NCBI GenBank assembly: GCA_015661185.1
Contig: JACVXU010000013.1
Span: 1-59,955, forward strand
Direction of reading: 5' to 3'
Source: Bacteroidota bacterium
GTDB taxonomy: Bacteria; Bacteroidota; Ignavibacteria; UBA10030
DNA: 59,955 nt
Program-made: the position numbers and the translations under genes
The notes under the pieces: generated by a model
The model's database searches: none
The model's input: the letters and a program-made list of their open reading frames with translations, nothing else
What the model was told of the DNA's origin: nothing
Part shown: positions 39,030 through 46,813 of the stretch, piece by piece
How the letters are laid out: the number at the start of each line of letters is the position of its first letter
Numbering within the stretch: the stretch's first letter is position 1

Positions 39030-39206
39030 TGTTCGTGTCCAGGCCAGCGCTTCGCCTTCGGCTTCCTTCAGATTCTCCGCCATAGGACGGATGAGCCTCT
39101 GGCTCTCACCTCGCGGTGGACACCATTGCCGTTCGGCTTATGATTCCCCCCTGCCGGGGTCATAGGAGTCTTGGACTCCCTAGCCAATGCGCCCTGCGGT
39201 GCGCAC
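39030..39206 (-). mobile_element. Group II intron (class IIC-like) 5' fragment, no RT ORF
   Basis: Starts GTGCG directly after a terminator U-run; contains AGCCGAACGGCAA.GGTGTCCACCGCGAGGTG...GAATCTGAAGGAAGCCGAAGGC typical of IIC domain I; no domains V/VI. Confidence 0.75.
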
Positions 39207-39207
39207 C

Positions 39208-39243
39208 AAAAAAAACATCCCGCCTCAGAGAGACGGGATGTTT
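39208..39243 (-). terminator. Rho-independent terminator downstream of pfk
   Basis: AAACATCCCG/CGGGATGTTT stem followed by a T8 run on the minus strand. Confidence 0.85.
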
Positions 39244-39290
39244 GTTTGCATCCGCATCGCGCGGGTGCACCAATCGGACGTCAGTCGAGT

Positions 39291-40451
39291 CTAGTACAGG
39301 AACATCGGCTTGCCGAGCAGGTGAGCCACCTTCGGCCGATAGTTTTCAGAGTCATACAACTCGTTGACATCGACCCGTTTCAGACCTTGCGTCAGCGTTT
39401 CAATAGGGACGGTCGTGTACTTGCCTTCCCGCAAGGCAACCATCTTCCCGAATTCCTTCTTCAATGCGAGATCCGTCGCCAGGTTGGCGTAGCTGATTGC
39501 AACCATGCGGTCAAGAGCATCGGGTTCACCGCTGCGCATCAGGTATGCGACTTTCTGATACACCGTGTGGACACCGGTGAGCTTTTTGAGCGCCTGCTCA
39601 GTCACCGCTCCAATACCTCCGAGCTTACGATGACCATAAGCGTCGGCTTCGCCATACTCCACTACCTGCCCGCCGAGGAGGTGCGCACCTTCAGACATCG
39701 TAACGACGGCATAGTTGCTCGGGTTGCTTGCTTTATCCTTCTCAACGAACCGCGCAAGTTTTTCCACATCGAACGGAACTTCTGAGATAAGCGCGCGATC
39801 CACGCCGGCGAGATAGGCGGAGATTAGAGCCGTTTCACCTGAGTTGCGACCGAAGAGTTCCACAACAGCAATGCGCTCATGCGAACCGGCAACTGTCCGG
39901 AGCGCTGTAATGAAATCCACACTGCGTGTCACCGCAGTTGAAAACCCGATGCAGTAGTCAGTACCGAAGACGTCATTGTCCATCGTTTTGGGAATCGCGA
40001 TTACCGGCACACCCTCTTTGTGCATGCGCACCGCGTAGCTCTGCGTATCGTCGCCACCGATGGTGATGAGGACATCGATCCCCAGATGCTCAATCGCTTT
40101 CAGGACGTGGGGAGTGAAATCTACCTTGTAGTCCTTCCCGAGTTTTTCGTGCTCGGTCGTCTTAAGAAAGCTCGGGATATCATCCGTTTTTACCTTCCCC
40201 GGGTTCGTGCGGGAGGTGTGCAGGAAGGTTCCGCCTGAGCGGTCGATGGTGCGGGTGTTGAGTTTGTTCAGATGGACGTAGTTGTCTCCTTCGTTGTCTT
40301 TTCGATTGAAATCGAAATTGAGCAATCCTCCCCATCCACGACGGATTCCAACCACTTCTGCGCCATTGTCGATTGCCCGGTAGACGACGGCTTTGATGCA
40401 GGGATTCAGGCCAGGCACATCACCGCCGCCTGTAAGTATTCCAATTCTCAT
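39291..40451 (-). CDS. pfkA: Phosphofructokinase, likely PPi-dependent (group III-like)
   Basis: [37 protein letters not shown]. Confidence 0.9.
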   Translation of the reverse strand: MRIGILTGGGDVPGLNPCIKAVVYRAIDNGAEVVGIRRGWGGLLNFDFNRKDNEGDNYVHLNKLNTRTIDRSGGTFLHTSRTNPGKVKTDDIPSFLKTTEHEKLGKDYKVDFTPHVLKAIEHLGIDVLITIGGDDTQSYAVRMHKEGVPVIAIPKTMDNDVFGTDYCIGFSTAVTRSVDFITALRTVAGSHERIAVVELFGRNSGETALISAYLAGVDRALISEVPFDVEKLARFVEKDKASNPSNYAVVTMSEGAHLLGGQVVEYGEADAYGHRKLGGIGAVTEQALKKLTGVHTVYQKVAYLMRSGEPDALDRMVAISYANLATDLALKKEFGKMVALREGKYTTVPIETLTQGLKRVDVNELYDSENYRPKVAHLLGKPMFLY

Positions 40452-40475
40452 TGTCTGGGTTCCTCTTGATCGTTG

Positions 40476-41264
40476 TTAGTGAAGTTTGTCGATACTCCAG
40501 CGATCCATCGCCTCCAACAGCCTGTAATCTGTTAGGTCATAATGGATGGGAGTAACGGATACATAGTTGTTTCGAATTGCAGATTGATCATATCCAAGCC
40601 CTTCATCACTGTCCTCCAGGGCGCCGGTCAACCAATAGTATTCTTTGTTGGCAGGATCCCTCCGCACATCGAACGTGTCGTTCCAAACTGCCCTCCCCTG
40701 TCGCGTCACGACAACACCCTTGATATCTTTCTCCGGCAGAGCCGGAACATTGACGTTCAGGAGCGTTCCCTCCGGTAGACCCTTCTTGATAACCAGTTCA
40801 GCCAGCCTCCGCGAAAATTTCGCTGCATATCTGAAATCCGCAGGACCATAGGTCGTCAAGGAAACGGCGATAGATGGAATGCCGAGGATTGTCCCCTCTG
40901 TCGCTGCCGACACAGTTCCCGAGTAGATGATACTGATGGCCGTGTTCGCACCGTGATTCACCCCCGACACCAGAAGATCCGGTTTCTTCTTGAGGAGCGC
41001 TCTCGCCGCAAGCTTGACAGAATCCGCCGGGGTACCCTCCACCGCGTAGCCGAAAAACACTCCGTTCTTCTTGAACTCTTTGGCACGAAGCGGAAAGTTC
41101 ATCGTGATTGCATGCCCCACCGCGCTCTGTTGCTTATCAGGTGCGACGACAGTCACATCGCCGATCTTCTTCAGTTCCTGGACGAGCGCGAAGATTCCCG
41201 GCGCATCGATACCGTCATCGTTTGAAACAAGGATGTTGAGTCTCTTTTTCGATTTCTTTTTCAC
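40476..41264 (-). CDS. surE: 5'/3'-nucleotidase SurE
   Basis: ILVSNDDGIDAPG, QSAVG, GTPADSV, SGVNHGAN, YSGTVSAA, LNVN, SVTP. Start is GTG 41264 or 41270. Confidence 0.95.
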   Translation of the reverse strand: MKKKSKKRLNILVSNDDGIDAPGIFALVQELKKIGDVTVVAPDKQQSAVGHAITMNFPLRAKEFKKNGVFFGYAVEGTPADSVKLAARALLKKKPDLLVSGVNHGANTAISIIYSGTVSAATEGTILGIPSIAVSLTTYGPADFRYAAKFSRRLAELVIKKGLPEGTLLNVNVPALPEKDIKGVVVTRQGRAVWNDTFDVRRDPANKEYYWLTGALEDSDEGLGYDQSAIRNNYVSVTPIHYDLTDYRLLEAMDRWSIDKLH

Positions 41265-41339
41265 GTCCACCTATAATATAAAAAAATACCCATTCACACA
41301 ATCCCGACGCCGGGCTTCAGCCGATTCAGCCTTGATGAT

Positions 41340-41473
41340 TTCAAGCGTACCGGAGACAATGACCACCAGACCGGCCTATCGGGGTCCCCATTCGATTCCG
41401 ATAGTTGGGATTTTCAAGGACCGGGTCATTCTTGCCAACAATTGTGCTGGAATTCCTCACGGCATCGCTTGAA
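41340..41473 (-). ncRNA. Candidate structured RNA (family not recognised)
   Basis: Nested inverted repeats TTCAAGCG/CGCTTGAA, AATGACC/GGTCATT, CTATCGG/CCGATAG plus a side hairpin; most non-canonical pairs are G-U on the minus strand. Confidence 0.4.
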
Positions 41474-41488
41474 CAGTCTGTTTGTTCT

Positions 41489-42292
41489 TCACGTTCTCAC
41501 CACCCCGACTGATTCTTCATCGAAGAGATCCTCTTCCCCATCTCCGGTGCCCGATGGTGAGAACTCAATGCTCCACACCTGCTCGAAACTTTTTTTCAAA
41601 GCCAGTACGACCTCGTCACGTTCCACCCTTCTCTCAAGAGCTGAGGCGAGGTCGATCGTTTTCCCCTGCAGCTCAGATTTCAACGCATTGCGCTGATCAT
41701 CATCGAGAGCCTTCAAGAAATCGACGATCCTGAGATGATCCGGCCCCAGAAGGATCGATCCGTGCTGCAACACGACTTCCTCACCGTTCCGACGAGCGAA
41801 CCTCCGCTGCGCGCTTCCAACGAGTTTGCGTCCAGCGATTTGGATTTCGTACCGTGCAGCGCTGGCAAAGCATGCAACTGCCGATGATGAACGATAGAGG
41901 GAGGGGAAATGGGGTTGGGACTTCACCAGGGCGACCTTTGCACCGAGGACTCGGAGTCCGCCCATCAATGCTTCACTGACGTCCTGATAGACGGACAGAA
42001 CGCTCTTCTGCGATGCAACCAGGACAACACTGTACGTCACTTCATCGGAATGGAGGATCGCTCGTCCGCCGGTTGGGCGTCGCACCACATCGATTCCAGC
42101 TTCAGCACACTTTTCGAGGTCGATCTCTCCGATGTCCTGATGCCAACCGAGCGAAATAGCACGAGGATGCCAGCCATAGAATCGGACAACGGACGGACGA
42201 TCGCACGCCACGAGCGACTGTGCAAGTCTCTCGTCATACTTCATATTGAACGCGCCAGCCCGACACCCAGTATTCCGAAACTGCCAGACCAT
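41489..42292 (-). CDS. Lipoate-protein ligase / octanoyltransferase (LplA/LipM-like)
   Basis: NMKYDE, VRFYGW...ISLG, VRRPTGGRAILH, RKLVGSAQ, LQHGSI. Confidence 0.9.
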   Translation of the reverse strand: MVWQFRNTGCRAGAFNMKYDERLAQSLVACDRPSVVRFYGWHPRAISLGWHQDIGEIDLEKCAEAGIDVVRRPTGGRAILHSDEVTYSVVLVASQKSVLSVYQDVSEALMGGLRVLGAKVALVKSQPHFPSLYRSSSAVACFASAARYEIQIAGRKLVGSAQRRFARRNGEEVVLQHGSILLGPDHLRIVDFLKALDDDQRNALKSELQGKTIDLASALERRVERDEVVLALKKSFEQVWSIEFSPSGTGDGEEDLFDEESVGVVRT

Positions 42293-43084
42293 CTAGTGAT
42301 GAACGTAACCAGAAATGATACCGCGCTTGCTCTTTGCTATGAACGAAAGAACTGTTTCGACCTCGGGACATGGCTCGACTTCTTCCGCGATGCGGGCAAC
42401 CGCTTGCGAAACATTGAGGCTTGAACGGTAGATGAGACGGTAGGTCTTATCGAGCAATTCGATTGACTTTTCGGAGAACCCTCTGCGCCGCAGACCGATG
42501 ACGTTGAGCCTCTCAAAAATCAAAGGCTCGCTCCCAGCGAGGATGTACGGTGGCACATCTTTGACCACGCGGAACCCCCCACCGATCATAGCGTGATCAC
42601 CGATATGGCAAAACTGATGCACCGGTGTCAACCCGCCGAGGATGACCCAGCTCCCAACGTGCACATGACCACCGAGCGCAGAGCAGTTCGCGAGAATCAC
42701 ATTATCGCCCACGACGCAATCGTGACCAACGTGCGCATATGCCATGAACAGGCAATTGCTTCCAATGATCGTTCTGCCGGTCTCGGCTGTTGCCCGATTG
42801 AGTGTGACGAACTCGCGGACGACGGTGTTGTCGCCGATTTCAAGAGTCGTGGGCTCTCCTTTGAATTTGAGGTCTTGAGGAAAACCACCGATGGCTGCCA
42901 TGGGATGGATCCTGCACTCCCGCCCGATGCGGCTGCCGCTGTGAATCACAGCGTGCGCTCCGATCGTCGTCCCTTCACCGATGGCGACATCATCCTCGAT
43001 CACAGCAAATGGGCCAACCTGCACGCCATCGCTAATCGTGGCTTTGGGGCTCACGACTGCACGAGAATCAATGTGAATAGGCAT
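42293..43084 (-). CDS. lpxA: UDP-N-acetylglucosamine O-acyltransferase
   Basis: Hexapeptide repeats, PQDLKF, MAYAHVGHDC, VHQF, KDVPPY, LNVIGLRRRGF. Confidence 0.97.
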   Translation of the reverse strand: MPIHIDSRAVVSPKATISDGVQVGPFAVIEDDVAIGEGTTIGAHAVIHSGSRIGRECRIHPMAAIGGFPQDLKFKGEPTTLEIGDNTVVREFVTLNRATAETGRTIIGSNCLFMAYAHVGHDCVVGDNVILANCSALGGHVHVGSWVILGGLTPVHQFCHIGDHAMIGGGFRVVKDVPPYILAGSEPLIFERLNVIGLRRRGFSEKSIELLDKTYRLIYRSSLNVSQAVARIAEEVEPCPEVETVLSFIAKSKRGIISGYVHH

Positions 43085-44556
43085 TATTTCGAAGAAGGAT
43101 TCTTACTGGTGGTAGAAAGTTGGTAGGAGTCTGTGTGGTTTCCTGCTTTTGCCTGATTGTCTTCTCTGTCGACGATCGCGGCAGAGAAATCCCCCTCTGC
43201 GACGAGATTGCCGTCAACAAACGCCTGACCACGGATTTGAATGAATTTTGATCTTCTGCTGACCATCTGGACATCCAGAACAAGTTGATCGCCCGGTACA
43301 ACGGGTCTTCGAAACTTAACGTTGTTGATCGACATGAAGTACACCAGCTTGTTGCCGGGATTCTCGAGGCCGTTCAGCATCAGGATGCCTCCGACCTGTG
43401 CCATCGCTTCCACGATGAGGACGCCGGGCATCACAGGCTGATCGGGGAAATGACCCTGAAAAAACGGTTCGTTAAACGTCACGTTCTTCACTCCAACCAC
43501 CCGCTCGTCGAGCTGGAAATCGATGATCTTGTCGACGAGGAGAAAAGGATACCGATGGGGCAAGATGCGGGCAATAGCATTGACGTCAAAAATCACGCCT
43601 TCCTTTTTGACGTGCATGTACTTCTTGACCAGCTTTTTCTGCTGGTAGAGTTTGCGCACCTTCCGGGCAAACTCAATGTTACTCGCATGCCCGGGCCGCG
43701 CCGCCAGGATCTGCGCCTTCAACGGAGCCCCGATCAGCGCGAGGTCTCCGATCAGATCGACCAGCTTGTGCCGCGCGGGTTCGTTCTTGAAATGAAGTCG
43801 TTTCTCATTCAACACGCCCGTTGTGCCGAGAATGAGCGCGTGATCAATCCCGAGTTTGTGCGCCAGCTTCTTCAGTTCACCCTCAGACAAGTCACGGTCA
43901 ACGATGACGATCGCGTTGTCCAGGTTACCACCTCGAATCAATCCTTTGTCGCGCAACATCTCGACTTCGTGGAGGAAGCAAAACGTGCGGGAGGGAGCAA
44001 ACTCCGTGATGAATTCCTTCTCAAGGTTAAAAAGGCCGGTGTGCTGACTGCCCAGGGCCGGGTTATGGTAGTCAATCAACACCGTGACCCTGAAGTCATC
44101 AGTCGGAAGCGCAACAATCTCAACGCCTTTCTCTTCGTTCTGGTAGCGAATCGTCTGATCGATGATCAGATAATCCTTCGGGGCTTCCTGTTCCTGAACG
44201 CCGGATTCCAGGATCATATCGACGAAGGGCTTCGAGCTTCCGTCAGCGATCGGCGGCTCGATGTTGTCGAGCTCAATGATGACATTATCGACCTGAAGAC
44301 CCACGATTGCCGCCAGCACGTGCTCCACCGTGTGAATGCGTACGTCGCCGATACCGATCGTGGTCCCGCGTTCCACGCCGATCACATGGTCGACATCGGC
44401 CGGAATTTCGGGAGTCCCGCCGACGTCAACACGCCGGAACCGGATACCGTAATTCTCGGGCGCCGGCTTGAAGGTCATCGTTGTCTGCACTCCGGTGTGC
44501 AAACCGACGCCGGTCATCGTAACGGGTGTCTTGATCGTATGTTGCTGAACGAGCAT
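43084..44556 (-). CDS. lpxC: Bifunctional LpxC deacetylase / FabZ dehydratase
   Basis: GVGLHTG, TVEHVLAA, RTFCF, RHKLVDLIGDL (LpxC) fused to LPHRYPFLLVD, FFQGHFP..PVMPGVL (FabZ). Confidence 0.97.
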   Translation of the reverse strand: MLVQQHTIKTPVTMTGVGLHTGVQTTMTFKPAPENYGIRFRRVDVGGTPEIPADVDHVIGVERGTTIGIGDVRIHTVEHVLAAIVGLQVDNVIIELDNIEPPIADGSSKPFVDMILESGVQEQEAPKDYLIIDQTIRYQNEEKGVEIVALPTDDFRVTVLIDYHNPALGSQHTGLFNLEKEFITEFAPSRTFCFLHEVEMLRDKGLIRGGNLDNAIVIVDRDLSEGELKKLAHKLGIDHALILGTTGVLNEKRLHFKNEPARHKLVDLIGDLALIGAPLKAQILAARPGHASNIEFARKVRKLYQQKKLVKKYMHVKKEGVIFDVNAIARILPHRYPFLLVDKIIDFQLDERVVGVKNVTFNEPFFQGHFPDQPVMPGVLIVEAMAQVGGILMLNGLENPGNKLVYFMSINNVKFRRPVVPGDQLVLDVQMVSRRSKFIQIRGQAFVDGNLVAEGDFSAAIVDREDNQAKAGNHTDSYQLSTTSKNPSSK

Positions 44557-44577
44557 GGTTTTTTCCGAAGAAGTTTT

Positions 44578-45636
44578 TTATGATTTCGTTTCGGAGAGCC
44601 GATTTCTCAACACCTCAAGCGACCTCTTCAGCTCCTCAACATCTTTGGCCAATTCAGGCAGAGATCGCGTGATAACTTCGATTTTCAATGCTCTCGCGTG
44701 ATCTTTCGCAGGTGAGCCCCAGTACGTTTTCCCAGGCTCTGTGGACTTGGAGACGCCCGTTTTCGCCATGAGCACTGTTTTGTCCGCGATCTCAATATGT
44801 CCGACGATTCCGACCTGCCCGGCTATGATGACATTTTTTCCAACCTTTGTGCTTCCGCTTATTCCCGTTTGAGCGGCGATAACAGTGTCCTCACCGAGGA
44901 CGACATTGTGAGCGATTTGAATGAGGTTGTCGAGTTTCACTCCTCTCTTGATCAGCGTCTGGCCGAGAGTCGCCCTATCAATCGTGCAGTTCGCTCCAAT
45001 CTCCACATCATCCTCAAGGACAACGATTCCCATCTGCGGGATCTTTTCATATGAGCCGTCTGGTTTCGGAGCAAAGCCGAATCCATCGCTCCCGATCACT
45101 GCACCTGCATGGATGATCACGCTCTTCCCCACCCGGCACCCATGATACACGCTGACATTCGGATACAACAGACAGTTCTCACCAATTGCGACACCATTAC
45201 CAATCACACATCCGGGAGCGATTTTCGTGTTGTCGCCGACGACGGCATCTTCGCCTACGGTGACGTGCGCACCGAGCGACACATTGTTCCCGATCGTTGC
45301 TGATGGAGGAACAACAGCTGTTGCGTGGATACCCTTCAAGAATGGATCCGGCATGGGCGTGAGGCGCTTCATGATCCGAAGAAACGCGACGTACGGATCA
45401 AGGACTTTGATGAAAGTAAGGCCCTCTCGTGAAGAGCCACGCTTCGAGTCAAAAGACGTGGACACAAGGATTGCGGATGCCCTGGTCGCCCCGACATGTT
45501 TCTCATACTTTGGATTCGACAAAAACGTCAGGTCGCCAGGACCGGCTTCCTCGATCTTGGCGACCCGGAGAATTTCTACTGCTTCATCCCCGCTAAGTTC
45601 ACCATGTACGAAGATCGCGACTTCTCGGGCTGTCAT
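44578..45636 (-). CDS. lpxD: UDP-3-O-acyl-glucosamine N-acyltransferase
   Basis: TFLSNPKY, hexapeptide repeats, GSDGFGF, KIPQMG, DRATLG, KLDNLIQIAHNV. Confidence 0.97.
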   Translation of the reverse strand: MTAREVAIFVHGELSGDEAVEILRVAKIEEAGPGDLTFLSNPKYEKHVGATRASAILVSTSFDSKRGSSREGLTFIKVLDPYVAFLRIMKRLTPMPDPFLKGIHATAVVPPSATIGNNVSLGAHVTVGEDAVVGDNTKIAPGCVIGNGVAIGENCLLYPNVSVYHGCRVGKSVIIHAGAVIGSDGFGFAPKPDGSYEKIPQMGIVVLEDDVEIGANCTIDRATLGQTLIKRGVKLDNLIQIAHNVVLGEDTVIAAQTGISGSTKVGKNVIIAGQVGIVGHIEIADKTVLMAKTGVSKSTEPGKTYWGSPAKDHARALKIEVITRSLPELAKDVEELKRSLEVLRNRLSETKS

Positions 45637-45650
45637 GTGAAGACCTTGGA

Positions 45651-46190
45651 CTATTTACCGCCACCGGGCAAGATTGTGAGCTTCGCAAGCACCTTCTGCG
45701 TCAGGTCGTATTTGACATTGGCATACATAAGAAGGATCTCACCGCTCTTGTCGAAAACGTAATCAAATCCCTCTTCGAGCGCGACATCCTGGATCGCCTT
45801 GAATACACGATCCTGCACCGGCTTCATGAGCTCGTTCTGCTTCATGAACAAGTCGCCGTTTTGGCCGAACTTCTTGTTTCGATACTCCGCGATCTTTTGA
45901 TCGAGATCGCGCATTTCTTTCTCGGCATCGACCCGACGCTGCTCTGTCATGATCAGCTTGCGCTTCTCGTAGTCATCGAATTTCTTCTGCCAATCCTGCT
46001 GGAGCTTGTTCAACTCCGCCTGCCAGTCGACCACGATCTGATCCAGCTGTTTCTGCGCATCCTGTGCATCAGGCAACTGTTTCATGATGGCGTCGGTCGT
46101 GACGTAACCGATTTTCGCCTGACCCATCAGCAGCGACGGAATCGCAAGAGCCAGGAAGATCGAGATCCGCAAGATATTCTTCATGGTCAT
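45651..46190 (-). CDS. skp: OmpH/Skp periplasmic chaperone
   Basis: Signal peptide, KIGYV, coiled coil, FDYVFD..., YDLTQKVL. Confidence 0.92.
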   Translation of the reverse strand: MTMKNILRISIFLALAIPSLLMGQAKIGYVTTDAIMKQLPDAQDAQKQLDQIVVDWQAELNKLQQDWQKKFDDYEKRKLIMTEQRRVDAEKEMRDLDQKIAEYRNKKFGQNGDLFMKQNELMKPVQDRVFKAIQDVALEEGFDYVFDKSGEILLMYANVKYDLTQKVLAKLTILPGGGK

Positions 46191-46254
46191 TCCCCACCTT
46201 TCTGCCCGTTCAATGATTCTACCTTCTCCCCCAAGCGCTACGGAATCTGCAGAA

Positions 46255-46759
46255 TTACTTTCCTTTGACCGCTGTTCCCCGCTTTAGCCGATCGATGACC
46301 TTGTACGTAAGGTCAACCCTGGCGTCGCCGTACAAAACGTTGGCTCGATCAAACACGAACGTGAAGCCGTCTTCCTTCGCGACTGCTTCGATGGCGCGAA
46401 GAACTTTCTCCCGGATCGGAGTAAGTCGCTTCTCACGTTCCTGCGCTGCCTCGCCTGTCCGAGCGTCAAGCTTCTGAGCCGCATATTCACGCAGCTTCAG
46501 GTTGAGATGGCGCCATGACTGACGACTGCTTCTGATACTCCTCCACCTGCTTCTGGAGACTGGCATTCATGCTCGCAACAGAATCCTGCCACCCCTTCAC
46601 AAGCGCGTCAAGTTCCTTTGAGGCTTTCTGCGCTTCGGGCAGCTCACCAAGGATTTTTTCGGAATCGACGAATGCAGCTTTCGATGTCTGCGCGGCAACA
46701 ACGCTGAAGGAGAGAACCAACGCAGCGACGAGAGCGATTATGATGAAAATGTTCTTCAC
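46255..46759 (-). pseudogene. skp: Second OmpH/Skp paralog, frameshifted by an internal deletion
   Basis: The N-half (46759, KAAFVDSEKIL...SSVMAP) and C-half (LNLKLREY...GFTFVFD...DLTYKVIDRL) are in different frames; junction near 46507. Confidence 0.8.
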
Positions 46760-46813
46760 GGTGTCCTCAAAATGAAGTTAGCGGTTAGAGTGATTTTCAA
46801 AGAATTGTATATG

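Noticed and set aside
41340..41473. 6S RNA, SRP RNA or HDV-like ribozyme identity
   Set aside because: Lacks the SRP GGAA/AGCAG motif and the 6S length and central bubble. GAATGGGGAC resembles the HDV 3' end but the stem order does not fit. Kept only as an unknown structure.
43285..44583. 432-aa plus-strand ORF
   Set aside because: Antisense to lpxC-fabZ; codon-symmetry shadow with no motifs. The same applies to other long antisense ORFs such as 3737-4618 and 55963-56826.
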